A DNA stretch of 64,000 nucleotides from Myxococcota bacterium (lineage in GTDB: Bacteria > Myxococcota_A > Polyangia > Nannocystales > Nannocystaceae): NCBI GenBank assembly GCA_039194325.1, contig JBCCWC010000001.1, forward strand, positions 96,001 through 160,000. The letters are read 5' to 3'. Positions within the stretch are counted from its first letter, which is position 1; each line of letters begins with the position of its first letter. The position numbers and the translations under genes were made by a program. The notes under the pieces were generated by a model. That model had not been told where the DNA came from and searched no databases. It saw nothing but the letters and a program-made list of their open reading frames with translations. Positions 9,087-19,200 of the stretch are shown here, piece by piece.

Positions 9087-10813
9087 CCGTTCCTCCAGTC
9101 CACGTGGATCACGGTGTCCATCCACGGCAGCCGGATCCACTCGTAGCTCCACGGCAGCTGGTCGAGCACGACGTCGTAGGTCTCCCGCTCCACCCGCAAA
9201 AGCCACGCGCCGTCGCGCGGACCCAGCAGGCCGGTCCGCAGCAGGAACGTGGCCCGAAACCCAGCGGTGGACATGCGGTGGAGGATCGGCGCGTGCTCGA
9301 TCACCGCCGACAAGAACGCCTCACTGGCCTCGACCTCGACCTCGGACACGGGCGGGCCAAAGACCACGACGTCGTCGAGCGCCAGCCCGCAGAGCACCTT
9401 GGCCAGCGGCAGGTGGTACTCCAGCAGCACGGGATCCCGGGTGACCAGGTGGTGCAGCAGGCCCACCGCGCGATGCTGGGCGGCCGGCTCACGAAACCGG
9501 TGCTCGTCGTCGACCAGCCCGAGGCCCTGGAAGAAACGACGCAAGAACGGACCCAACAAGACCAAGCCGGCGTCGTGGACCTGGACATCGTCCGAAGGGA
9601 TCGCGGACAGGCCCGAGCCAATCCGAGGGTCCGGCGCCGTGGGGCTCGGTGGTCGACCCGAGGAACTGGAGCGCGAGGAGGAGCGGGAAGACGAGCGCAA
9701 GGACGAACGCAAGGACGAGCGCTCCGCGACGTCGTCTCCCGCACGGTGCTCGGGCTCCGACGACAACGTACGACGCGCCTCGATCTCGGGCATGCCAGCT
9801 TCGGCGCTTGGGTCATCGGGTCCATTCCCATTGACCTCCGACTCCGGCGACGGTCGAGACGAGCGCGTATCCGTCGAAGCTCGCTGCGCACCTCCAGGAA
9901 GCTCCGCGAGCAACGACTCGATCATTGGCACCCCCGCTCGACCACCGCGATCCCTCGGAGCCGACATCGTGCTCGGCTCGGCCCGCTGCGCTGCGGCGAT
10001 CCCCTCCAGCACCGCCCGATATGTCGTCTTCAGGTGTAGCGCCACCATCACCAAGATCCGCTTGACCCGCTCCGGCGCCGTCCCCTTCGTCGGCGATGCC
10101 GCCTCGTGCAGCGCCCCTTGCCACGCCGCCACGCGCAGCCGGGACGGCGACGCTCGCAGCGAGGTAGCGCTGCCCTCGACCAGCGCCACGATCAACCGCA
10201 CCATACCGCCAGGCGTCGCCTCCGAGCGGCCCAACGAGATCCGAGCAACCCCGGGCGGCTCGATCACCCCGCACAGCCGGGTCAGCGACTCGTCATCGAG
10301 TGCCCGCACCAGCCGCTCGAGCGCCGCGGGGGATCCACCCAGCGCGCGCATCAACGCCGCGGTGGGCTCGGGCGCCTCGGCAGCGAGTCGCCCGACCACC
10401 TGCGGCAGCAGTCGGGGCTGGCGAGCGTCTACCCACCACGGCATGCAGCCGGTGCGGGCAAACACCTCCAGCGTCTCGAGGGCGGCCCGAACCTCGTGGG
10501 GCGGCTCTCCCCGCTGGCGAGCCTTCACTCGTCCCTCGCGGATCTGCCGGGGCAGCGCCTCGCCCAACACCCGGGCCAGCCGCTCCACGAACCGACGCTC
10601 GAACTCGTGCTCGGCGATCTCGCCCAGATCCAGCTCGATTCGATCGATCCGGTCGAGCCGGTCGGGGGGGCTCACCTCGCTGCACAGCCGCTCCAACAGC
10701 GGCACCAGCCGATCCCGCTGTAGCCGGCTGGCGCGATCTTGCAGCCGGCGAGCCAGCGCGCGCTCGGGTACGTCGAGCTCGACGACCTGTCGCATGATCC
10801 GGTGCGTGCTCAC
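9083..10813 (-). CDS. Contractile injection system tape measure protein (Afp14-like)
   Basis: N-terminal HRIMRQVVEL..RIDRIELDLGEI, F..TG.MPWW; C-terminal DAGLVLLGPFL..LAKVLCGL..GFRATFLLRTG..WLLRVERETYDVVLDQLPW..IRLPWM; lies just before the ATPase. Confidence 0.88.
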   Translation of the reverse strand: MSTHRIMRQVVELDVPERALARRLQDRASRLQRDRLVPLLERLCSEVSPPDRLDRIDRIELDLGEIAEHEFERRFVERLARVLGEALPRQIREGRVKARQRGEPPHEVRAALETLEVFARTGCMPWWVDARQPRLLPQVVGRLAAEAPEPTAALMRALGGSPAALERLVRALDDESLTRLCGVIEPPGVARISLGRSEATPGGMVRLIVALVEGSATSLRASPSRLRVAAWQGALHEAASPTKGTAPERVKRILVMVALHLKTTYRAVLEGIAAAQRAEPSTMSAPRDRGGRAGVPMIESLLAELPGGAQRASTDTRSSRPSPESEVNGNGPDDPSAEAGMPEIEARRTLSSEPEHRAGDDVAERSSLRSSLRSSSRSSSRSSSSGRPPSPTAPDPRIGSGLSAIPSDDVQVHDAGLVLLGPFLRRFFQGLGLVDDEHRFREPAAQHRAVGLLHHLVTRDPVLLEYHLPLAKVLCGLALDDVVVFGPPVSEVEVEASEAFLSAVIEHAPILHRMSTAGFRATFLLRTGLLGPRDGAWLLRVERETYDVVLDQLPWSYEWIRLPWMDTVIHVDWRNG

Positions 10814-10825
10814 CCGCGGTTACCC

Positions 10826-13576
10826 CTATCCGGCCTCCACCTGCAGCGGGAGCACCACGTCGAGCACCACCGTCTGTGGACCCCCGGCCGGCTCGGGGGT
10901 CTGCGTGCCCAGGATCCGCAGATCCACCCCGGCGGTGATCGGCTCGGTCTGTAGCATCACCGTGCCGCCCGTGCCCTCCACCGCTTGTGGTGACAGCGTC
11001 TGTGCGACGGTCTGCCCATCCAGCCGCACCAGCGTATAGCTCACCCCCTGTTGGCTGCCCACGAGCTCCACCTGCACCTCGGCCCCGCTCTCGACCACGC
11101 GAGGATCGGTGGGGCTGGGGCTCTCGCTCGTAGGATCGGCCCACGTGCCGCTGAGGATCCGGGCGCTCGGCGAGGCGTCGAGCCCCACCGCGACCTCGAC
11201 CACCTGGCCGAGGTACACCCACGGCCCGTCGCCGCTAGTGCTCACGCGGAGCCGATAGCTCTGCGCCTGAGTGATCACCGGCGACTCGACGACGATCGTC
11301 CCGCCGGTCCCCGCCATCGCGGGTGCCTCGATCGCTACGTCGTCGGTGGCGTGCCACAGCGCATAGGTGCGCGACCGCTGGCTGTGCTGGACCCAGATCT
11401 TCGCGGTCTGGCCCTCGACCACCATCAGCCGCTCGGGCACCGGTAGATCCCGCAGCGGTGAGGCCTGCCCCACCTTCAGCAGCTCGATCATGCGATCCCG
11501 CGCCGCTCGCAGCCCCTGGTGCTGGGCCGAGTCGGCCCGATGGGCACGCAGCGCCTGGTGCAGCGCCTGCTGGGCTCCCTCGACGTTGTTGAACTCGTCG
11601 TTGGCCAGCCAGTGCACATACACGGTGAGGTGCGCGGGCGTCTGGGCCCGGATCGTGTGCTCGACGAACTTGCGAAAGTCGACCTGACCAAAGCGCACCG
11701 GATCTGCCGGCAGCGCCACGCTCAGCTGCAGCGAGTAGGGATCGGGCTGGGCCGGCGCGGTCAGCAGCGGCGCCGCGGCGGTCGAGCTCGCCGACGGGGC
11801 GCCGACATCCTGCGGCACCGGACGCAGCAGCACGTGCTCGACCACCACCAGCCGCTCGCCGAGGCTGGCCTCCAGCCCCAGCGCAAGCGCAAGCCGACGC
11901 TGCAGGCCCGACACGTCGTCCTCACACTCGGCCCCGATCACGTCGACCCCGGTGCTGCGACCTCCGCTGACGCGCGGGAGCTGCTGCAAGAACGCCCGCT
12001 TGTCCCGGGCCAGCTTGGCGGTGGCCGAGGTCTCCCCCGGCGGCAGCGCCCCTGCGAGCACCAGGGCATACTCGCCAAAGCTCTCGCCGTAGCGCGCCAG
12101 CAGGTGATCGAGGAAGCGGTTGTCGCGATCCCCCCGATCGCCTGGATCAGGGGTGGTCTGGGTGATCGAGTCCAGCACGGCCTGGTGCGCGCTCGCGTCG
12201 CCCAGCCGCACCTGCTGCAGGCCCAGCTCTGGGTCGTCGATCATCCGGGCCGCGTAGGTCGGCCCGGCGCTGCCGGTGAACGACAGCAAGCAGCGCGCGT
12301 GACCCAGCTGGGCGAAGGCGTTGGCCAGCAGCTGGTCGAACACCAGCAGGTACGCCTTGAGCTGCCTGGCCTGCGCCCGTCGCAGGGTCGAGGCCGAGCC
12401 GGGAAGTCCGGCGGGGCCGATGCCGTAGCACCCCGGCAGGTCGTGCTGGATCGAGGTGTACTCGGCCAGGTGACGATCACGACCGACCGGCGGGACCAGG
12501 TCGCGCTCGTGCACGGCCAGCGGTCGCGCGACCGCGGCCTTCTGGGCGCGCGCGGTGTAGGCCGCCACGACCCGGGCCGGATCCACGCTGGCCGCCAGCC
12601 CCTCGCGCATCAGGGTGATCGACGAGAGGTTGAGGTCGAGGCGCGGGGACCGAGCAGGGTCGAGCGTCAGCGACCAGGGCTCGTCCTTGATCCCGTTGGA
12701 CACGGTGATGTCACGGACCGCACGAACCCCCGGCACGTCCATGATCGCGTGGATCAGATCCGAGGTCCGCACCGCAGTGCGCCGCTCCATGGCCGCGAGC
12801 GCGTCGTCGTCGAGGAACCCGTGATCGAGCCGCGGGCCTTCGAAGATCCGATCGACCGGGGTGCCCTTGGCGAGCAGCTCCCCCAGGGTGGAGAAGCGCA
12901 CGGTGGGGGCCATATAGGCGGTGATCGCCTCGTAGATCGCCACCAGCACCGCCTCGGCGTCCTGCCCGGGCGCGACCTCGATCCGTGCCTTCACCGCGAT
13001 GTCCTGCGGCTCGAGCAAGCGGAGCTCGTAGAAGTCTTCGCCCAGCGGCCGGTGAGCGGACAGCCGCTGCTCTACCGCTTGTCGCACCGCCGCGCCGTCG
13101 AGATCGAGCAGATCGGAGGTCTCGACGAGCACCCGGTAAAGACCCCGGATCGCGATCGCCGTCTTGTCCCGCTCGGCCACCGTGGAGGGGCCGCCCGCCT
13201 CGAGGTGCAGCTGGTCGAGGCCCGCGTGGTGATAGAAGGCCGGCTCGGCGTCGTCGACCGGCTCGATCCACGCGTTGCGCACGCCCTCCACGTCGAGCAC
13301 CAGCTTGCGCAGGTCGAGCGCGGTCACCGGCTCGGTGGTCAGCACGGTGGCCGGGCTGTAGAGGCTGCCGTAGGGGTCGGCGTCACCGGCGAGCAGGTCA
13401 GGGATGTCGTGCGCGATGCGATAGCCCAGATCGGTGATCGCGTAGCACAGCTGCTCGAGGATCGTGATGCCCGGATCGTGCGCGTTGAAGTCGGTCCAGG
13501 TGCGGCTGGCCAGGCGCTCAAGCGCGGCGATGCCCTCACGGCGTAGGGCGGCGTAGTCGGTGGTGATGTTCATCAC
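10826..13576 (-). CDS. eCIS baseplate protein (Afp12-like) with C-terminal repeated beta domains
   Basis: DY..LRREGI..WTDFNAHDPGITILEQLCYAITDLGYR, VRNAWIE, SIQHDLP..YG, QLKAYLLVFDQLLAN, FLDHLLARYGE, VVEHVLLRP, DPYSLQLS, TPAHL. Confidence 0.88.
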   Translation of the reverse strand: MMNITTDYAALRREGIAALERLASRTWTDFNAHDPGITILEQLCYAITDLGYRIAHDIPDLLAGDADPYGSLYSPATVLTTEPVTALDLRKLVLDVEGVRNAWIEPVDDAEPAFYHHAGLDQLHLEAGGPSTVAERDKTAIAIRGLYRVLVETSDLLDLDGAAVRQAVEQRLSAHRPLGEDFYELRLLEPQDIAVKARIEVAPGQDAEAVLVAIYEAITAYMAPTVRFSTLGELLAKGTPVDRIFEGPRLDHGFLDDDALAAMERRTAVRTSDLIHAIMDVPGVRAVRDITVSNGIKDEPWSLTLDPARSPRLDLNLSSITLMREGLAASVDPARVVAAYTARAQKAAVARPLAVHERDLVPPVGRDRHLAEYTSIQHDLPGCYGIGPAGLPGSASTLRRAQARQLKAYLLVFDQLLANAFAQLGHARCLLSFTGSAGPTYAARMIDDPELGLQQVRLGDASAHQAVLDSITQTTPDPGDRGDRDNRFLDHLLARYGESFGEYALVLAGALPPGETSATAKLARDKRAFLQQLPRVSGGRSTGVDVIGAECEDDVSGLQRRLALALGLEASLGERLVVVEHVLLRPVPQDVGAPSASSTAAAPLLTAPAQPDPYSLQLSVALPADPVRFGQVDFRKFVEHTIRAQTPAHLTVYVHWLANDEFNNVEGAQQALHQALRAHRADSAQHQGLRAARDRMIELLKVGQASPLRDLPVPERLMVVEGQTAKIWVQHSQRSRTYALWHATDDVAIEAPAMAGTGGTIVVESPVITQAQSYRLRVSTSGDGPWVYLGQVVEVAVGLDASPSARILSGTWADPTSESPSPTDPRVVESGAEVQVELVGSQQGVSYTLVRLDGQTVAQTLSPQAVEGTGGTVMLQTEPITAGVDLRILGTQTPEPAGGPQTVVLDVVLPLQVEAG

Positions 13577-13603
13577 GTCAGCCCGTTCGAGATCGAAGGC
13601 AGA

Positions 13604-14401
13604 TCATGTCTCTGCGCTCATGGGTATACCAACAGGGAAGCTGATGCCGTCGAGCGTAAAGCCATCTTGGTGGAGGTTGTGACCGGACATTATCTGGCCG
13701 TCGTTCTGAATTGTAATGTCATCATGCCCGTTGTGATGAGTAAATACTACGATCCGGAGGGTATTGTCGGGCCAATGCCCAGCCGGCAGTGTACCGATAA
13801 CCTCACCAGGGCCGATACTGGAGCTCGCCCCTATGTAACCTCGAAGATGAACGACACCCACCGGATCCTTGAATGCCGATGGCTGTGGCCTCGATAAATT
13901 ATAATAGGTCTCTATCCAAGAGAACTTCGGCGTCGTCAAACTGATGGCCTCCCACTGCCCCGTCTCGGGCGGCGCCGGAATCAAGCGACCGCTACAGATG
14001 ATGTCCCCGTCCACGTGCAGCGCTGCCTGCGGCTCGAGCGTGCCGATGCCCACCTGCCCCGTGGCGTGATCGACGAATAGGCGACTGACACCCGATGCGT
14101 CGTCGATGCTCAGCCCTCGCTTCGCTGTGGCCGGGTCGCTCACCGTGGAGCGCGGGTTCATCGTGAGCACCCAGGTCGGGTTGGCGTCGTCGAATGACTC
14201 GTACAGGTGCAGCACCTGCCGCCGACTCGCTGCGTCGCCCGCCGCCTCCAGGCTTAGCGGGCCGTCCGGCGGCTTGATGATCCGATCGTCCCGCTGGTTG
14301 AGCATGCCGTCGATCAACTCGGAGAACTCGCCCTCCGAGGGGATCGCGTGTTTGATGAAATAGGTCTTGAGCTGACTACGGCTCGATCCGTTGATGTCCA
14401 T
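13604..14401 (-). CDS. eCIS tail fibre paralogue 3 (Afp13-like)
   Basis: Shared N-terminus MDINGSSRSQLKTYF..PSEGEFSELIDGMLNQRDD, GQVGIGT.EPQAALHVDG shaft motif, tip FKDPVGVVHLRG..TLPAGHWP. Confidence 0.75.
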   Translation of the reverse strand: MDINGSSRSQLKTYFIKHAIPSEGEFSELIDGMLNQRDDRIIKPPDGPLSLEAAGDAASRRQVLHLYESFDDANPTWVLTMNPRSTVSDPATAKRGLSIDDASGVSRLFVDHATGQVGIGTLEPQAALHVDGDIICSGRLIPAPPETGQWEAISLTTPKFSWIETYYNLSRPQPSAFKDPVGVVHLRGYIGASSSIGPGEVIGTLPAGHWPDNTLRIVVFTHHNGHDDITIQNDGQIMSGHNLHQDGFTLDGISFPVGIPMSAET

Positions 14402-14547
14402 GATCGTATCCTGTGCGACGCTGTGGTACCGCGAGCCGAAGCTCGTGGGGTTAGTCGGTGCCTGCGGTGTATCACTCGGCTCTGCACCCGTAGCCGATCG
14501 TCCTAGGTCCACCGAGGATCCGAGACTGCCACCGTTCTGGTTCTTAC

Positions 14548-15354
14548 CTACAGTGTACTAAAGGAGCACCCCTCCAGGGTAATATGCACCCCCACGCTCC
14601 CTCCAACCTGTAGTTCACACACACTCTCATTATTATTCTCGACCATGACCACATTGATGGTCGAATTCGAGTTCAAAGCAGCCCATGTAGGCATGATCGT
14701 CGAGCGGCCGACCATGATATCAGGCGGAAATTCGAGGATCGTGGTGCCATCGGCCGTGGTTCCACCCGTGATGAACCCTCTGAGATGAACGATACCCAGG
14801 TTGTCCTTGATGAACCCTGGAGCCCCCCAAGAGGCTGATGGCACCCAGCCGTTCCTCAGCTCGAGCTGAGGCGCTCCCGGTTGCAGAGTGCCTTCCTCGA
14901 CCAACTCGGTCCATGTAGGCTGGGTTTGCGCTGTAACCGTTCCGCTGCAGATGATATCCCCGGCCACATGCAGCGCCGCCTGCGGCTCCACCGTCCCGAT
15001 CCCGACGTTACCGGTCGCATGATCGATGAATAGCCGGCTCACCCCGCTCGGATCCCCGATGCTCAGCCCACGGTGCGCAGTCGCCGGATCGGCAGGATCC
15101 GCCCGCGGGTTGAGCCGCAGCGACCACTCTGGATCGGCATCGGCAAATGTCCGGTACAGGTTGAGGACCGACTTGACGCTCGCGGGATCCCCGGCCGCCT
15201 CGATGTTCAGCGGGTTGCCGGCCTGCTTGACCAAGCCGTCGTCTCGCTGGTTGATCATGCCGTCGATGAGTTCCCCAAACTGCTGCTCGGTAGGGACGGC
15301 ATCGGTGAGAAAGTATGCCTTGAGGGCACTACGGTCTTTTTGCGTGATGTCCAT
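14548..15354 (-). CDS. eCIS tail fibre paralogue 2 (Afp13-like)
   Basis: MDITQKDRSALKAYF..PTEQQFGELIDGMINQRDDG, GNVGIGTVEPQAALHVAG, tip FIKDNLGIVHLRG. Confidence 0.75.
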   Translation of the reverse strand: MDITQKDRSALKAYFLTDAVPTEQQFGELIDGMINQRDDGLVKQAGNPLNIEAAGDPASVKSVLNLYRTFADADPEWSLRLNPRADPADPATAHRGLSIGDPSGVSRLFIDHATGNVGIGTVEPQAALHVAGDIICSGTVTAQTQPTWTELVEEGTLQPGAPQLELRNGWVPSASWGAPGFIKDNLGIVHLRGFITGGTTADGTTILEFPPDIMVGRSTIMPTWAALNSNSTINVVMVENNNESVCELQVGGSVGVHITLEGCSFSTL

Positions 15355-15356
15355 GA

Positions 15357-16190
15357 TCAGGTTCCGATCGTCGGCTCGAGCGGCAACGGAGTCGTGCTTC
15401 GGCTCGCGGGAAAGCTAATGCCATCCAGAGTGAACCCCACCTGCTGGATACGATGACCGGCCACGATCCAGCCATTGGAAGCGATCCAAATGTCACAATT
15501 GCTCGTACCTCCAGTGTAAGGGTGCAGTCGCAGCGAGTAGTGAGGCCAACACCCGCTGGGCAATTGACAGATCAATTTATTGATCGCAATACTACCAGAG
15601 CCACTCTTCTGCTTGATGAACCCGCGAAGATGGACGATGCCACTGGAATCCTTGAGACACCCCGGGGGCGCAAGTGTCCCGTAGATTTCGGGAGCGCTAT
15701 CGTTCTGCACCTTCCATTCGAAGTCGCTCTCAAGCGTGATCTCTTGCCACGCTTCGAGTTCACCAGGCGTCACCTTTCCGTTGCATATGATATCCCCGTT
15801 CACATGCAGCGCCGCCTGCGGCTCCACCGTCCCGATCCCCACCTGCCCCGACGCGTGATCAACGAACAACCGACTCACCCCCCCGCTGGTGCCGATGCTC
15901 AGCCCCTTGCGCGCAGTCGTCGGATCCCCCGGATTACTACGCGGGTTCAGGCTCAGCGTCCACGCCGGCCCAGTATCGGCGAAATCCTCGTAGAGGTTGA
16001 GCACCTTCTGGTTGCTGCTGCCGTCCCCCGAAGCCTGCAGGCTCAGCGGACTCCCGGGCTGCTTGACGATCCCGTCGTCCTTTTGGTTGATCATCCCATC
16101 GATCAACTCCGAAAAGTTGTCCTCGGTGGGTAGCGCGTACTCCACGAAGTACGACTTGAGGGCGCTGCGATCTCGTTTGTTGATCTCCAT
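15357..16190 (-). CDS. eCIS tail fibre paralogue 1 (Afp13-like)
   Basis: MEINKRDRSALKSYF..PTEDNFSELIDGMINQKDDG, GQVGIGTVEPQAALHVNG, tip LKDSSGIVHLRG..QLPSGCWP. Confidence 0.75.
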   Translation of the reverse strand: MEINKRDRSALKSYFVEYALPTEDNFSELIDGMINQKDDGIVKQPGSPLSLQASGDGSSNQKVLNLYEDFADTGPAWTLSLNPRSNPGDPTTARKGLSIGTSGGVSRLFVDHASGQVGIGTVEPQAALHVNGDIICNGKVTPGELEAWQEITLESDFEWKVQNDSAPEIYGTLAPPGCLKDSSGIVHLRGFIKQKSGSGSIAINKLICQLPSGCWPHYSLRLHPYTGGTSNCDIWIASNGWIVAGHRIQQVGFTLDGISFPASRSTTPLPLEPTIGT

Positions 16191-16209
16191 GGTGTCCTCC
16201 CTGCGTGAA

Positions 16210-19200
16210 TCAGCCGATGCGGAAACTCCCGGCCACGCTCATGCGGCCGATGCCGATCGGCGCCGCGGTGGTGTCTCCCCCCACGATGAAGTCCTTCTCG
16301 ATGCCCATGAACCCGATCCCCACCAGGCCCTGTAGCCCCGGCTTGGACACCACGAAGTCCACGCCGATCGTCATGTAGTTGATGCCGGTCGCGGTCCGCT
16401 CGGCCAGCTCTCCTTCGGCGCCGATCTCGATCTCGTGGTTGCGCGCCGCCACCAGCACCCCGTCGGCCCGCTCGGCGGCCACGTAGTAGCCCTCGAGGGC
16501 CGAGGGCTCGACCTGCGTGAAGCGCTCGCCGTCGTCGCTGCGAAACAGCGTGATCCCGTACACGTAGTCGACGTAGGGCCGGCGGTCGATGAAGTCGATG
16601 ATGCTGTTGGCGTAGACGCGCTCGCCGATCGTGATGTCGACCCCGTCGTCGTAGGCCCACGGCGACAAGAACCGGTTGATCTCGTCGTTGAGGGTCTTGC
16701 GCGCGTAGCCCTCGTCTTGGCCCTCATAAAAACGCACGCTCACCCGAACCTTGACCGCGATGTAGTGGGCGTTGCGCACCTCGACCGTGGCCGAGCCGGG
16801 CACCTTGTCGCCAAGCCACGCCTCGATTTCGGCCAGCGTGCTCGCGGGGGCCTTGGGCTCGAACGGGTCGAAGGGGATCTGGTTGCGGATGTCGGGAATG
16901 ACAACGACCACCACCTTGCCCGGCTCGCCCTGCGAGGGCAGGGCCCCGGCGTCGAGGCGCGCAGGCAGGCACTTGGCCTTGTAGATCTGGGGGAAGCGCT
17001 GCAGCACCAAGCGCTCGTAGTCCCACACGGTCAGCGCCCGCTGCTTGTGGCGCAGCCGCTCGCTGACCCGGGCGTCGAGGGCGGCGTCTTGCTCGGGCCG
17101 CGACCCGCCGAAGCCGGTGTAGGGCTGGTGGATCTTGGCCACGCCGCGCACGGAGGAGGCCAGCTTGGTGATCGTGCCGGCCGGCAGCGGCACGTCGTAG
17201 TGCGCGGGCGCGTTGCCCTGGTCGACGAAGGTGGCCGAGACGGCCTGGGTAGCGATCGCAATCGTGTCACACACGCTGCCCGTGTACCGGGGGATCGCCG
17301 CTCGCAGCCAGTACTGCCCCCCGGGCAGGGAGGCGCCAGGCTCCACCGCCGGCAGCGACAGCTCGACGATGCCCGAGCTGCGCAGCCCTCGGGTACCGTC
17401 GGCGCGCATGCTGCCGTCGTGCAGGTCGACCCAGCGATCCCCGCTGAGCACGCTCCACTCGACGGCCGCGCCGGGCAGATCCGGATCGGCGCTGCCCTCG
17501 GCCATCTGCACCAGCAGCGAGAGGTTCTGCGGGGCGGCCACGTCGCGCAGCCCGATGTAGAGCTCACCCTCGTATCGATCGTAGCGGGGCAGCAGCGGCA
17601 CGCCGTCGGGGCCCGGCGTCAGCTCGCACGTGCCGAAGGGATGGACATGATGCAGGACGTCGAGCGCCCCGTCGCCGGTCGCCTCGGTGATCCGCAGCTC
17701 GGCCGAGGATCCGTAGTCGACGCTGAGGCGCTTGATGGTGGGCGTGTAGGGCGGCTTGACCTGGTAGTCGGCCACGTCGACGGCGGAACCATCCTGGGGT
17801 GGCGTTGCGATGGCAGCCGCGACCGCGGCCGACATCTCATTGGCCTTGAGGGTGGCGACCACCGGGTAGGCGTCGTGCTGAAAGTCGAGCGGAGACAGCT
17901 CCCATCGCAGGTAGCGAGCCCACGTGGAGACCCGCTCGGGGTCGTCGACGGGCGTCGAGCCCGGACGGCGCTCGTAGGCGTGACCAGGCACCGCGGCTTG
18001 CACGGCGGCGGGGACGTCGGCCAGCTCGATCGAGTGCGAGGCTCGGGCGTCGCCAGAGTCGAAGAGCGGCGCCTCCGTGGTGAGCGTGAGATCGCGGCGG
18101 TCGTCGTGTAGATCGATCTGCACCTGGAAATCCGGGGGCAGCTCGGGGCCCGTGGGATCGACGGGGTCGGGGTTGTTGATCCCGTAGTGCTGATATTGCT
18201 GCGCCAGATCGGCGGGCACCCGCATCCAGTCGACGTGGAAGCGCACGTGGTCGAGCCGCTTGTCGACCAACTCGGGGTGACCGATGAAGACCTGCGAGCC
18301 CACGGTCGGCCGGCGCCCGAAGGGCGTGAACGGCTTGCGGGCGTCGAGGGTGCCGTCGTCGTTCTCGAGACGGAGCGAGGTCAGCCCGACCACGTCGACC
18401 GCGATGTGGACCGCGTCGAGGGTCAGCCCACCCAGCGGCTCGTAGAGGGTGACGTAGCGGCTGCGCTCGTCGTCCCACACCGGGCGCAGCATCAGCCGCA
18501 GGGCGGGCGCGGAGCCGGACGGGCCCTCGAGGGCCGCGGCCTGCGGAGGCAGGGTGACCGTGAGCCTGAGCGCGGGCAGGGCGGGATCGACGGTGCGCGC
18601 GACTCCGCTGAGCTGCTGGTAGTCCCCCTGCTCGATGGTGACCAACTCAGCCTCGACCCACCCCGCGGCGGTCTGTAGCTGCACGGCGAGCGGATCGCGA
18701 GGCAGGGCCTGCCCGATGGGTCCGACCTCGAACTTGTCGGGCAAGAACCCCAGGGTGATCGTGATGGTGCGCTGGCCCTCGCGAAGGGCCAGCAGCGGCG
18801 ACCGCAGGCCCCAGCCCAGCACCGGCGCCGGCGGGCTGCCCTGGTCTTCGTGCACCCGGGCGGTGCCGAATGTCTTCCAGCGGTGGATGTCGCGATCGGC
18901 CTCGAGCTCCAGGCTGGTGGTGACCGCGGTGGCGTCGGTGTGGGGGTGGATGTCGAGCCACTCGACGATCTCGGGCACCGGCACCGGCAGGCGCTCGCGG
19001 CTGCGCTGGGCGAGCTCGACGATGGTGTCGATCCGCGCCCACTCGTCGGCGGTGACGGGCTCGGCGCTGGTGTCCACCCGGTGGGCCACCTCGAGCAGCA
19101 GGGCGCGATCGAAATCGCTGCCGACCCACTGCTCGAGCAGGCTGTACAGCTGCACGGCGGTGGCCGGCCCCAGCGGCTGGTCCAGGCCCAGGCTGAAGGT

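Noticed and set aside
13604..16190. Diversity-generating retroelement or shufflon acting on fibre tips
   Set aside because: No reverse transcriptase or invertase in the window, and no template/variable repeat pair or inverted tip cassettes; all three genes are full-length and co-oriented
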